Shown piece after piece: positions 18,091 to 28,781 of a stretch of DNA of 64,000 nt. Within the stretch, counting starts at the first letter, position 1. Every line of letters begins with the position of its first letter. The translations under genes were made by a program, and so were the position numbers. The notes beneath the pieces were generated by a model. That model saw nothing but the letters and a program-made list of their open reading frames with translations. It searched no databases and was not told the DNA's origin. This DNA comes from Ignavibacteria bacterium (lineage in GTDB: Bacteria > Bacteroidota > Ignavibacteria > Kapaibacteriales > UBA961): contig JADJXV010000007.1 of NCBI GenBank assembly GCA_016720145.1, forward strand, positions 183,634-247,633. Reading direction: 5' to 3'.

Positions 18091-19161
18091 TTACTTTAAG
18101 GAAACCCTCAGTGACGATGCGGCTTTCTCGAAAACAGGTAAATATGCTTCAAACTCATTTGCTGGCGCTTCAAATACCACTGTAAAAACCTTATCATCGT
18201 ACGATGTAATGAGTTCCATAGATTTGAGTCGATAGGAATTATCAAACCTTTGCAGTTCGCGGATTATTTTCTTTCCTTTAAAATTTCCGCTTGTGAAATT
18301 TACTCTACTAATTTCTTTTTTGAAAAAATACTTTTCATACCCAAACAATCCAAAAAGCCCACCCTTTTCACTTAATACATCCCAAAAATCTGTTACAAAT
18401 TCAGGGTCTTTGTCCTCTAATTCGGGAATTGTTTTAGATACTCTATTTATCAATATAATACTTGCTCCAATGGTAAAAAGGTCGGTTAGTTTGTCAATTT
18501 TCTCGGCTGAGATAAACAGCTGCATTGTTTTATCGTCGCCTTCCGTTCTAGCATGCCAAGTTTCCGGTAATGTACAAGTGACTATATTCTTACTATCGGT
18601 GAATTCTTTACACTTTGTGGATGGATTTCTATCGCCTAAAATTTTCAAAATTGCATCGATTTGCCCCGCTACTCTCTCGTTGCTGCCACCCATAGTTTTC
18701 ACGCGCACGGCATCCTTATATGCTTCACCTAATCTCTTCGAGTACAGATATCCCACAGACCTATTAAAATACACCCCAAGATTAGTCGAATCCCGTCGGA
18801 TAAATTCTGTGTAATTTTCAATTCCTTTTTGATAATTCTCCTGCTGCGAATAAATCGTTCCTAAGTTCAGATAGATGTTCGCATAGTCCGGTGCTACACG
18901 TACAGCATTTTCAAACATGAGTTTAGCACTGTCTAAATTTTTCAAGCCCAGGTAACATTGCCCCGAATTATAAAGGGCTTCCATGTTTTTGGGATCGGTA
19001 TCGAGTACTTTCCTGTATAATGTAATCGCACCCTGATAATCCTGACTTTGCATCGCACTTGAGGCAGATTTTAACTGTTCACCGGAAACTTGTGCGTGGA
19101 GAGATGCCACAGCAAAGAAAAACAACATCGTAAAACAAACTTTCATGATACCTTCTTTCAT
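18091..19161 (-). CDS. secreted TPR-repeat protein with uncharacterised C-terminal domain
   Basis: Signal peptide ...FFFAVASLHAQ and about 4 TPR units (AITLYRKVLDTDPKNMEALYNSGQCYL and others). Confidence 0.65.
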   Translation of the reverse strand: MKEGIMKVCFTMLFFFAVASLHAQVSGEQLKSASSAMQSQDYQGAITLYRKVLDTDPKNMEALYNSGQCYLGLKNLDSAKLMFENAVRVAPDYANIYLNLGTIYSQQENYQKGIENYTEFIRRDSTNLGVYFNRSVGYLYSKRLGEAYKDAVRVKTMGGSNERVAGQIDAILKILGDRNPSTKCKEFTDSKNIVTCTLPETWHARTEGDDKTMQLFISAEKIDKLTDLFTIGASIILINRVSKTIPELEDKDPEFVTDFWDVLSEKGGLFGLFGYEKYFFKKEISRVNFTSGNFKGKKIIRELQRFDNSYRLKSMELITSYDDKVFTVVFEAPANEFEAYLPVFEKAASSLRVSLK

Positions 19162-19185
19162 GGATAAAAATTAATAACACATTTT

Positions 19186-21363
19186 TTACCGTACTTCCGA
19201 GCCAGCCCCCACAACACTTTCCGGCGTCACAAGCGCAAGTGTCCCTTCGGGTGTATTGGCAGCGAGCAGCATTCCCTGCGACTCCATGCCCATGAGTTTG
19301 GCGGGTGCGAGATTGGCGACGACGACGACCGTCTTGCCTACCATTTCTTCGGGAGTGTAGAATTTGGCAATTCCGGCGAGAATCTGACGTGTTTCAGTGC
19401 CGAGATTTACTTGTAACTTGAGTAATTTCTCAGACTTCGGCACGCGTTCGGCGCTGATGACAATTGCCGTCCGGAGCTTAATTTTCTTAAAATCATCGAT
19501 TGCAATGATATCACTAGGTTCGGCTGGAGTCTTCACCTCCGCCACCGCCGTCGTTCCGCCCATTTTAGCCACCTGTTCTGTAATAGTTGAATCTTCAATT
19601 TTTGTAAATAATACTTCCGGCGCGGCTATCGGCGTTCCTTCAGTCAAAGTTGGCAAGGCAACCGTACTCCAGCGGTCAATCTGCGGCGCGTTCGGTTCGC
19701 CGGTGACGGACTGAGCGCCAATCATCCCCGAAATCGTAGCACAAGTATTCGGGAGTATCGGAGCAAACAGCAGCGACAGCGCGCTAATCGTTTGCGAGCA
19801 CAGATACAGCGTTTTGGCGCACTCATCGGGGTCGGCTTTGACAGATTTCCACGGCGCAGTATCATTAAAATACTTATTGGCGGCGCGGGCAATATTCATC
19901 GTCTCGGTGACGGCATCGCGGAAGCGGAAGCGTGTGTAGTGTTCGGCTACTTTCTTAGCGCCGAAATGCAACGCCGCAATCAGCGCCACATCATTCGGCG
20001 AGAAATAGCGGAGATGTTTATCTTCATATTTTTCCAAGGCTTGCTCGCGGGTTTCCTCACGACTGAAGTCTTCGAGGAGTAATTTCCATGCATCATTGAC
20101 TTTTGCGAATCGCTCTGGGAGCACGGGCACTTTACCGTCAAAATTCTTCTGCAAGAACTGTACGACGCGATTCACAAAATTCCCAAAAATCGCGGCAAGT
20201 TCATTATTATTCCGTGCTTGGAAGTCCTGCCAGGTAAAGTCGGAGTCTTTCGTTTCCGGCAAATTCATCGCAATCGTATAGCGCAACGAATCGGTCTGCC
20301 CCGGACTTGGGAAATCCCGCTGAAAATCATGGAGGAAGATGCCCCAATTCATGGACTTCGAGAATTTCTTCCCCTCAAAATTCATAAATTCATTCGCCGG
20401 TACATTCGTTGGGAGAATATACTTGTCCTTCGCCATGAGCAGCATCGGGAAGATCAGGGTATGAAAGACGATATTATCTTTCCCCAAAAAGGCGATGTAT
20501 TCCGTGTCGGAATTCTGCCACCATGATTTCCATGCGTCCGGCGTGTGACGAAGCTTCGCCCATTCTTTCGTTGCCGAGATGTAGCCGAGCACGGCTTCGA
20601 ACCATACATAAATCACTTTGCCCTTCGCTCCTTCGACCGGAACGGGAATTCCCCAGGTCATATCACGGGTAGCAGCGCGGTCGGCGAGACCTTGCTTGAG
20701 CCATGAACGACTTTGCTGTAATACGTTGTCTTTCCATTTACTTGCATTGCTTTCTATGTATTCTTCCAGGCGCTGCTGGAAGTCACCCATTTTGAAATAC
20801 CAATGTTTTGTCGAGCGCACGACCGGCGTTTTACCCGAGACGACGCTTTTGGGATTGATGAGATCGGTTTGGTTGTAATTAGCGCTGCAATTATCGCATT
20901 GGTCACCGCGGGCGCGTTCGTTGCCGCAATTCGGGCAGGTGCCTTCGACGTAGCGGTCGGGGAGGAACATCTCAGCCGTTTCATCATAGAATTGATTTTC
21001 TTCTTTTTCGACGAGCAGTCCTTTATCGAGCCAATCGAGGAAAAATTCCTGAGCCGTGTCGTAATGTTCGGGCAGGGAAGTGCGCGAGAAAATATCGAAA
21101 CTCATACCGAACTTCTCAAACGCAAGTTTATTTGCAAAATGATACTTATCAATAATTTTATCCGGCGTGGTGTGTTCCTTTTCAGCGCTGATGGTAATAG
21201 CCACTCCATGCTCATCCGAACCGCACACAAAGAGCACATTGCGTCCGGAGAGGCGCAGAAAGCGGGCATACATATCGGCAGGCAGATACGCGCCGGCAAG
21301 ATGTCCGAGATGGAGAAAACTGTTGACGTAGGGCAGGGCTGCTGTAATGAGAGTTTGGGTCAT
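19186..21363 (-). CDS. metG: methionyl-tRNA synthetase with C-terminal tRNA-binding (Trbp111/EMAP-like) domain
   Basis: HIGH-type FLHLGHLAG, KMSKS-type KFSKS, zinc knuckle CPNCG...CDNC, 725 aa. Confidence 0.95.
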   Translation of the reverse strand: MTQTLITAALPYVNSFLHLGHLAGAYLPADMYARFLRLSGRNVLFVCGSDEHGVAITISAEKEHTTPDKIIDKYHFANKLAFEKFGMSFDIFSRTSLPEHYDTAQEFFLDWLDKGLLVEKEENQFYDETAEMFLPDRYVEGTCPNCGNERARGDQCDNCSANYNQTDLINPKSVVSGKTPVVRSTKHWYFKMGDFQQRLEEYIESNASKWKDNVLQQSRSWLKQGLADRAATRDMTWGIPVPVEGAKGKVIYVWFEAVLGYISATKEWAKLRHTPDAWKSWWQNSDTEYIAFLGKDNIVFHTLIFPMLLMAKDKYILPTNVPANEFMNFEGKKFSKSMNWGIFLHDFQRDFPSPGQTDSLRYTIAMNLPETKDSDFTWQDFQARNNNELAAIFGNFVNRVVQFLQKNFDGKVPVLPERFAKVNDAWKLLLEDFSREETREQALEKYEDKHLRYFSPNDVALIAALHFGAKKVAEHYTRFRFRDAVTETMNIARAANKYFNDTAPWKSVKADPDECAKTLYLCSQTISALSLLFAPILPNTCATISGMIGAQSVTGEPNAPQIDRWSTVALPTLTEGTPIAAPEVLFTKIEDSTITEQVAKMGGTTAVAEVKTPAEPSDIIAIDDFKKIKLRTAIVISAERVPKSEKLLKLQVNLGTETRQILAGIAKFYTPEEMVGKTVVVVANLAPAKLMGMESQGMLLAANTPEGTLALVTPESVVGAGSEVR

Positions 21364-21824
21364 GGGATGTAAATATTGAGATTCAGCTATTATAAAGTAA
21401 TAAATGTAAGTTAGGAGAGTTTTTCTTCTTCATTAAATGGGCCATCTCTTCTACCTTCTTCTTTTCGTCTTAATGCTATTTTAAATAATCTTATCGTTTC
21501 TTTTTGCTCCTCTGATAAAGTTGGATTTTCATAAATAGCTTGCATTCGAACATCTAATTCTTGTAAATCAAAGAATGCTTCAAACGTAACATAATGTATG
21601 CATCAGTGAATTTTCTTGTCCTAATTTATCATCATTTTGAATTTTTTATTGCTTTATCATTTACCATTTTTGAGATTAATAATCTATACTAACATTGTTA
21701 TTTCAAGTATTTATCACCACCATAAAAAACAAATACCTTGTAATTTCCATATTTTTTCATCATTTTTGCACCATAAGTCTGCAATACATGAAGGTCGCCC
21801 AATTGGCGTTGTAACGTAAGTTAC

Positions 21825-22634
21825 TTAGTGTATGAGCGGACTTATTTTATTTTCTGCTGTAAGTTTTCGTCCTCTCCGGTAAAAGTTTTGGTGATTCTCA
21901 TAATTCTTACTGTCATATACATCAATTACCAACGAAATCTTTTCCTGTATATAATTGTAAGCTGCAATATCCCCTTTTTCGAATACTTTCTGGACAGCCC
22001 AACATATGTAATCAGCAATGTTTAGCAGCGGCTCTTGTATATGGTTTTGTACATTAAAGTTTATACTCCTTTCGCTTTGTATAGCTTTACCACTCTTCGT
22101 TTTCCTTTCAATTGCTTTATGAAGCGCAAATTGCAATGTGCGATTTTTAGTTGAATCGCCACGCTCTGCAATGTTTAAAACAAGTTTTGGTAAATTGAGC
22201 TTAGACTTGAGAATATGTGAGAGCAAATCCGCATAAAATTCAGTTTCTACTCCTCGATGCTTAGTATTATAAATTTCAAGTATTTTCCTTCCGACAATTA
22301 CCTCGGCACTGCAATCAACACTTTTAATATACTCAAAAAAGATTTTTCTAACTTCTGGTCTATCGTTTGAAGCGTGGAAATAAAAACCACTTTTGACTAT
22401 TCTTTTCTGAATTCGTGTGTCATCTATAAAATATGGATCATTCACAACCTCTTGTTGTAATATTCGGATACGTGAGCGTACCACATCAAGAGGTTCTTTG
22501 AATTTCACTATTCCAAGTATAAAAGCCTTGGATACTCCTTCATCACCAAGAATTACATTCTTCCCCTTACCATAGAATGTGGTATCTCCAGCCTCGTCTA
22601 AGAATCGGTGATAAAGGTGCAAATCGTATTTCAT
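21825..22634 (-). CDS. DUF3800-family protein
   Basis: The N-terminal LYHRFLDEAGDTTF resembles the DUF3800 (DE-S/A-G) motif. 269 aa, AT-rich. Confidence 0.55.
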   Translation of the reverse strand: MKYDLHLYHRFLDEAGDTTFYGKGKNVILGDEGVSKAFILGIVKFKEPLDVVRSRIRILQQEVVNDPYFIDDTRIQKRIVKSGFYFHASNDRPEVRKIFFEYIKSVDCSAEVIVGRKILEIYNTKHRGVETEFYADLLSHILKSKLNLPKLVLNIAERGDSTKNRTLQFALHKAIERKTKSGKAIQSERSINFNVQNHIQEPLLNIADYICWAVQKVFEKGDIAAYNYIQEKISLVIDVYDSKNYENHQNFYRRGRKLTAENKISPLIH

Positions 22635-22785
22635 GATTCGAATCCTTTAATATTCAACAACTACTTGAGAAAATGTCATAGTACAATGTAACTTAACTCT
22701 TAACATGTAAGAAGGTTATTTCGTTGAACGCTTTAGTAAGACACTTAGTAATAACAATCAACAATTGCAATTGCTAGGAATTTTA

Positions 22786-24621
22786 TTACTTCCTCGCCTC
22801 AGGCACCACCTCAAGCGTCACTTCTTTATCTTCTTTCGGACCTCGAAGTACAACGACTTTGAGCTTTTCGCCGGCCTTGGTTTGTCCGAGAACGGACGTG
22901 TAATCGTAGATGTTTTTGATGGTTGTCTCACCAAATTTGATGATGATGTCATCGGCCAGCATGCCCCCTTTTTGAGCTGGACTTCCCTCGCGAACATCAG
23001 TGATTTTCAATCCTTTTGGATGGTCCGAATAGTCGGGGACGATGCCGATAGTCACTTTGAAACCGCCGGTGGTTTGAGAGGATGTTGACTTCACTTTAAT
23101 AAAATCCGGCTTTTCTACAGTACGGGAAATTTCTCGTACTGCACCTTCAGCAAAACTTAACACATTTGCTTCTCCCTCGTAATTGATCTTGTCCCACGTA
23201 TCCGTCGGACGGTGATAATCGCTGTGTAACCCGGTAAAAAGAAAGAGAACAGGGCGTTCTTTGGTGTAAAACGATGAGTGGTCACTCGGTCCAAATCCAT
23301 CAGCACCAATAGATACCGTGAAAGCATGCGCCTTGCCAAGAGAGTCGATCAGCGATTGCCATCTCGATGAACTCCCCACGCCTTGAATATTGAGCTTGGC
23401 ATCTTTGAGGCGACCGATCATATCCATATTAATCATGCAAATTGTGTTTTCGAGGGGTACAAGAGGGTTTTTCACATAATACGCCGAACCAAGCAGACCG
23501 CGTTCTTCGCCGGTAAAGAGCATAAAGAGAATAGGACGTTCTGCTGGATTTTTCGCAAATGTCGCCGCAAGCTCCATCACTCCTGAAGTACCGGAGGCGT
23601 TATCATCTGCGCCATAGTGAATCTTCTTTTCCGTTTTGCCATGAAGACTGCCTTCGTCACCCCATCCAAGATGATCATAATGCGCTCCAACTACTATATA
23701 TTCATTAGAGAGAGATGGATTCGTACCACGGACGACGGCTATTATATTGGAGGTTGGTTTTTCAATTTTGGTTAATTGAACCGTAACAGTCACTTTTGTG
23801 TTTAGTATCTCGAAACTGTTGGGTTTCTTGGATTTAATGATTTGTGCATCGATTATCGAAAGTGGCTTGTCACGGGGAAAGAGTTTCGCAATCGGTGTAC
23901 GCTTTGCACTCAAAGCAATAATTCCCGAATTTTTGTCGGCGGTGCCGAGTTCGAGAGCGATAAGCGAGTCGGCGCTATCACCGGCTTGACTGACGAAAAT
24001 AATTCCTGCAGCTCCTTTTTCCCGAGCGGTGAGCATTTTGGAACGAAGGGAGATGTAATTCCCAAATTTTCCATGATTGTCATTTCCATCGGGCGAACCT
24101 CTCAGAACGATCACGATATTACCCTTCACGTCAACTCCTGCATAATCATCATATTGCGAGTCCGGCGAGGATATTCCGTAGCCTGCAAAAATCAGCTTGC
24201 CACTTGCTGTACCATTTTCGCTGAACGAGAGTGGAGTGTAGTCTCCTCCTGCTTTCCAACCCACTTTTACAGGCTTGATCTGATCTTTGGGAATGCCGGG
24301 CTGTTCGACCGTGATTTCGAGGGCGAATTTATTGCCTTCGGCGAGAGCTATAGAGGTAGGAATATTAAACTCCTGAAAATAGGATGCGCCTAGCGAAGGA
24401 ATAGAATTTTGCTTGAAGAAATTTGCGATATAATCAGCTGCTTTGCTATTACCTTCACTACCAGAACTCCGACCTTCGAGTTCGTCGGAAGCCAAATATT
24501 TAATATGAGTTTGAAGCTTTGCCACCAATATGGAATCAGCGGATTGGGAGACAGATAGAAGAGCAAACATCGCGCAGACAATAGCCGCGCACAAGCGAAA
24601 CGTTAAGAGAGGGTAACGCAT
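22786..24621 (-). CDS. secreted M28-family metallopeptidase with PA domain and C-terminal PDZ domain
   Basis: Signal peptide, the M28 motif HYGADDNASGTSGVMELA and EERGLLGS, and the PDZ-like GLKITDVREGSPAQKGGMLADDIII. Confidence 0.8.
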   Translation of the reverse strand: MRYPLLTFRLCAAIVCAMFALLSVSQSADSILVAKLQTHIKYLASDELEGRSSGSEGNSKAADYIANFFKQNSIPSLGASYFQEFNIPTSIALAEGNKFALEITVEQPGIPKDQIKPVKVGWKAGGDYTPLSFSENGTASGKLIFAGYGISSPDSQYDDYAGVDVKGNIVIVLRGSPDGNDNHGKFGNYISLRSKMLTAREKGAAGIIFVSQAGDSADSLIALELGTADKNSGIIALSAKRTPIAKLFPRDKPLSIIDAQIIKSKKPNSFEILNTKVTVTVQLTKIEKPTSNIIAVVRGTNPSLSNEYIVVGAHYDHLGWGDEGSLHGKTEKKIHYGADDNASGTSGVMELAATFAKNPAERPILFMLFTGEERGLLGSAYYVKNPLVPLENTICMINMDMIGRLKDAKLNIQGVGSSSRWQSLIDSLGKAHAFTVSIGADGFGPSDHSSFYTKERPVLFLFTGLHSDYHRPTDTWDKINYEGEANVLSFAEGAVREISRTVEKPDFIKVKSTSSQTTGGFKVTIGIVPDYSDHPKGLKITDVREGSPAQKGGMLADDIIIKFGETTIKNIYDYTSVLGQTKAGEKLKVVVLRGPKEDKEVTLEVVPEARK

Positions 24622-24991
24622 AGAATATCCTGAATTTATAAGTAAATAAAGTGCAAATTTAGGGTTTTTTGAGGTGAAAATGGCGGGAGATTGAATTATA
24701 GGGGGAAGAGTGGTATCATTTCTTGTACTGTTTTGAGGCTTCGGGCTTGGATTATTATACTTACTTTTGGGTTCGCTTATGCATAATCTAGGTCGCTTAT
24801 ATTATCACATATTGCCGTTCGAGCGAGATAGATAAATTTGCGGTTGTATGGGTGAAAGTTTATGTGTAGTTTCGTGTAAATCAATATTTTCGTCAACATG
24901 ACAACAAGCTATCACAGATAACTTCTTTATTCGGCAATCTGTTAATGTTACCAGCCAAAAGAAAATAATTGCCAAAAATTACACAACTTCA

Positions 24992-26496
24992 ATGAAAAAG
25001 CTTACGATATTGTTTTTTTTACTTTCATTTGGCTCTATACTGGCGCAGAAGGCAGAAGAGTTTTACAAGCGGGGGAATGTCAAAGCAGATTCTGGAGACG
25101 TTAAAGCTGCCATAGCACACTATAATTACGCAATTGAAATCGACCCAAAATTCTCAAATGCTTATATGGGTTTAGGGCTTATAAAGTACCTTATAAGGAT
25201 AACGCAGAGGCATTCAACAACCTCGGAAATTCTAAAGCCCTTCTCCTCGATTACAAAGGCGCAATGGATGATTATACACGCGCAATAGAAATTAATCCTA
25301 ATTATGCAGATGCGTATTATAATCGCGCTCAATTCAGAGCATCTTTTAGAGAATACGTAGTTGCAATTACTGATTTTGATAAAGTTATTGAACTAACACC
25401 CGATAGTAGTATCTACAGTAAACGTGCTGAATGTAAAGGACATATTGGAGATTACCTTGGGGCAATTAAGGATTACAGTACCTTGCTCGAACAGTATCCA
25501 AGCGATGCGTCAATCTATTACCGCCGCGCTTGTCAAAAAGCTGCAAAGCGTGACACCAGCGGTGCTATCGAGGATTTAAGGAAAATACTCGAACTCAATC
25601 CAAATTATACATTTTCTCCCCAAATACTTTCGTTTTATACTACTACTTTGGAATTGTATGGTGGTTCAATTGAGTCTTTTAGAGAAGCAATTGAGCTACG
25701 ACCTGAAAAAGCTAGTGGGCATTATTTTCGCGGAATAACTAATGTAAATTTAGAGAATTACAACGTCGCACTTGACGAATTTACCTTGGCTTTAAAGATT
25801 AAACCGAAATCTGAAAACACCTTATTTTATATAGGGTTCGTAAAATCAAAGCTCGGTGACGACACAGGGGCTATTGAAGCTTTCAATAAATTCATCAAAA
25901 TCAATCCTGATTATTTCGGGGCGTATAATAATCTGGGATATTCCAAATCTAATATAGGCGATTATTCAGGTGCAATTATTGACCTTACCAAAGCAATAGA
26001 ACTCGCGCCAAAATAAGCCGAGGCATACAATAATCGAGCTTTTTGTAAAGCAAAAAAAGGTGATAATCGTAGTGCGATGATAGATTACGACACGACCATC
26101 GTACTTGACTCAAATCATAGCTCGGCATATTATAATCGCGGACGACTTAAAGGATATCTCCATGACTATAAAGGTGCAATTGAGGACTGCGATAAGGCGA
26201 TTGCCATACAACCGAAAAATATCTATGTTGGTAAATTTAAAGCAAATATAGCCGACGTTTATTTCAACAGAGGTCTTTATAAATCCGCACCGAAGAATTT
26301 TAGTGGTGCAATTGATGATTTTGACAAAGCAATCGAACTTATACCTGTTTTTACGGAAATACATGAAATATATCTCAATCGGGGTAACTGCAAGCTTAAA
26401 GTAGGAGATAAAAATGCTGCTTGTGAAGACTGGAATAAAGCGTTAGAATTAGGGGGCAAGAGAGTAAAAACAAGCATTGAGAAATATTGCAAATAG
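24992..26496 (+). pseudogene. large secreted TPR-repeat protein, disrupted (frameshift near 25185-25200 and in-frame TAA at 26014-26016)
   Basis: Three ORF fragments are all TPR units with the same ...INPNYADAYYNRA periodicity. The TAA sits where other repeats have Tyr/Phe/His, and the reading frame continues in phase after it. Confidence 0.7.
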
Positions 26497-26672
26497 AACT
26501 CCCTTAATCATAAGTACTTATTCAACTTTACGAAAGTATCAAACTCACTGCTATAACCAACATTCCACTAATACATGACTGCGGAGATGTAATTTGCTTT
26601 ATCAGTTAGATAGGTTATCTCCCCGATACGGACAATGATTTTGTAAATCATTACCCGGATTCTTGTTTTTAC

Positions 26673-26738
26673 TGCATTGACGGCAACGGGTGACCGCAGG
26701 CGACGCCTGGAATGCGCACAACCGAACCCATAATTCCG
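26673..26738 (+). repeat. REP-like intergenic repeat, copy C
   Basis: TGCATTGACGGCAACGGGTGACCGCAGGCGACGCCTGGAATGCGCACAACCGAACCCATAATTCC, just upstream of ruvX. Confidence 0.65.
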
Positions 26739-26751
26739 TATTTTTGCCCGC

Positions 26752-27207
26752 ATGAATACTACTCTTCCGCCTCTGAAAGGCAAACGAATTGCAGCTCTTG
26801 ATTATGGGACCAAACGCATTGGTGTGGCGGTGACGGACGAACTCCATATCACGATCTCACCTCGGGATATCATAGCTGCCGATTCACCTGATTTGTGGGA
26901 TATTGTGCGACGAGTAGTGGCTTTCGACCGCCTCGGCGCGCTTGTCGTCGGAGTGCCGGTGAGGGAGGATGGCACCAAGTCAGCGATAGTCAAAAAGATC
27001 GAGAAGTTTATCGAGGAATTACGCGCACAGATTGATATACCGGTCATCGAATATGATGAGTCGTTTTCGACGCAAGCCGCGTTTCAAACGATGATAGCCG
27101 GTGGTATGAAAAAGAAACAACGACAGCAAAAAGGCACAAAAGACAAGATCGCAGCGGCAGTAATATTACGGGATTTTTTGCAGGACTTCGAGCGAGAAAT
27201 TTATTAA
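26752..27207 (+). CDS. ruvX: YqgF/RuvX Holliday-junction-resolvase-like putative pre-16S rRNA nuclease
   Basis: KRIAALDYGTKRIGVAVTD is the YqgF N-terminal motif. 151 aa. Confidence 0.85.
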   Translation: MNTTLPPLKGKRIAALDYGTKRIGVAVTDELHITISPRDIIAADSPDLWDIVRRVVAFDRLGALVVGVPVREDGTKSAIVKKIEKFIEELRAQIDIPVIEYDESFSTQAAFQTMIAGGMKKKQRQQKGTKDKIAAAVILRDFLQDFEREIY

Positions 27208-27360
27208 CCCTATGAATATCAGCACAATATGAAGACAATTCTCCTCACTGTACTTCTCGCACTCCGCCTGCTAGCTGTTGAAATGAACGCTCAGCCGTAA
27301 CGCCCCGACCAAAGCGCATACTTTAATTTTGGTGAGAAGTTTTTCTGCGAAGCGCATTCC

Positions 27361-28629
27361 GTGGCCAGCTCGGACAAAGACACATCAAAAATGGTCGTGC
27401 TCTTTAAAATTATGTACGACCGGCTCGACTTTCATCAAGTACCGATGAGCACCAAAAGTGCTCGTGGCACCTACCTCGCCACGCCGTTTGTCCTCGTCGA
27501 AATGCGTGATGATATCGGTATTATCCGTTATCGAAAGCAATGGACGGATAGTATTTATGCGGCTACCTATCTTCAATCAAACTCCAGAACAGACTTTGTG
27601 TACGGTTCACTCGTGGCCTCCCTTCCAGCCGGCAATTACTCCGCTAACCTCACCCTCGGTGATCAGGAAAATCAAATCATCAAGCGCATCGATCTGCCGG
27701 TAACTCATTCGATTAAATTCGATACCTCTAAAATTTACAAACCTTTGTTTGTCGAATTTTCCCAAACTCCATCGTCGAAAGTCGTACCGATTGTATCCGC
27801 CGGAAATGCCCGCTTTAGTCAGCTGACAATTCGCGCACTTGTGCCGGTATCAGGTGTAAAAGCAGGTGATACATATTCTTATTCATGTAGTGCAGTGCAG
27901 CTACCTGATGGAAATATGTCGAATGGTGAATGGGGAGCGATTCCTACGATTGGAGGAATAGTCAAGCCTGAACTTCGCCAATATCTTACGACTGATTTCC
28001 CAATTAATTCTCCCACTCAAAAGCCCAATTTTACAATCGAAAAAGCTGAAATAAAGACTGCTTTTAGTTCGCTCGGCCTCCTCGATATCACCCTTCCCGC
28101 CAATGCCATATCCCCCGGAAAATACAAACTTCGCATTGTCAAAGTCGGCACGCGCGACACGGCGACGCATCAGTTTGATGTAGTCTGGGAAGACATGCCG
28201 ATTTCCTTTCGGAATACACGAGCTGTCGTCGAAAACATGTATTCAATTCTTACGGATGATGAATTCGACGCCGTGAATTCAGGTTCGGAAAGTGAAAAGC
28301 GCAAGAATGTGATCGACTATTGGCAAAAAAAATATCCTTCGGCAGAGTCGGTGTATAATACCACGATGGCGGAATATTACCGGAGAGTCGATTATTCACT
28401 GTTTAATTTTCAGGGAATAGCCGAACCCGACGGCGCAAAGTCCGAACGTGGAAAGATTTACATTCTTCACGGCGCGCCGACAGCGGTCGAAAAAAACATT
28501 CCCGCCTCAAGCGGACAAGCACAGGAAATATGGACGTATTCGAATAAAGTGAAGAAGCAATTTACGTTTGAACTCAATACGTCAGGTGTTTATAAGTTAA
28601 AAAATATTAAGGACTTAGCGGCAAAATGA
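27361..28629 (+). CDS. GWxTD-domain-like protein, separated from its signal peptide by an in-frame TAA
   Basis: The C-terminal ...ERGKIYILHGAPTAVEK...EIWTYSN fits the GWxTD domain pattern. The ATG at 27229 encodes MKTILLTVLLALRLLAVEMNAQP, then TAA at 27298-27300, in phase with the GTG-started ORF. Confidence 0.6.
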   Translation: MASSDKDTSKMVVLFKIMYDRLDFHQVPMSTKSARGTYLATPFVLVEMRDDIGIIRYRKQWTDSIYAATYLQSNSRTDFVYGSLVASLPAGNYSANLTLGDQENQIIKRIDLPVTHSIKFDTSKIYKPLFVEFSQTPSSKVVPIVSAGNARFSQLTIRALVPVSGVKAGDTYSYSCSAVQLPDGNMSNGEWGAIPTIGGIVKPELRQYLTTDFPINSPTQKPNFTIEKAEIKTAFSSLGLLDITLPANAISPGKYKLRIVKVGTRDTATHQFDVVWEDMPISFRNTRAVVENMYSILTDDEFDAVNSGSESEKRKNVIDYWQKKYPSAESVYNTTMAEYYRRVDYSLFNFQGIAEPDGAKSERGKIYILHGAPTAVEKNIPASSGQAQEIWTYSNKVKKQFTFELNTSGVYKLKNIKDLAAK

Positions 28630-28659
28630 TCTTACCTCATACAAGCAACACAGAAGCCT

Positions 28660-28692
28660 TTGCGCCCTTTGCGCCTCTGCGTTAAATTCTTC
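28660..28692. repeat. TTGCGCC-type intergenic repeat, copy 2
   Basis: TTGCGCCCTTTGCGCCTCTGCGTTAAATTCTTC. Compare 16367-16400. Confidence 0.7.
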
Positions 28693-28781
28693 TAGTAGTT
28701 ATAGGAAAGTAACCTACGAATTATTAACAGCATAAGAGTAACCTATTATTTTGAAATATTTTATCAATTATCAATAATACA

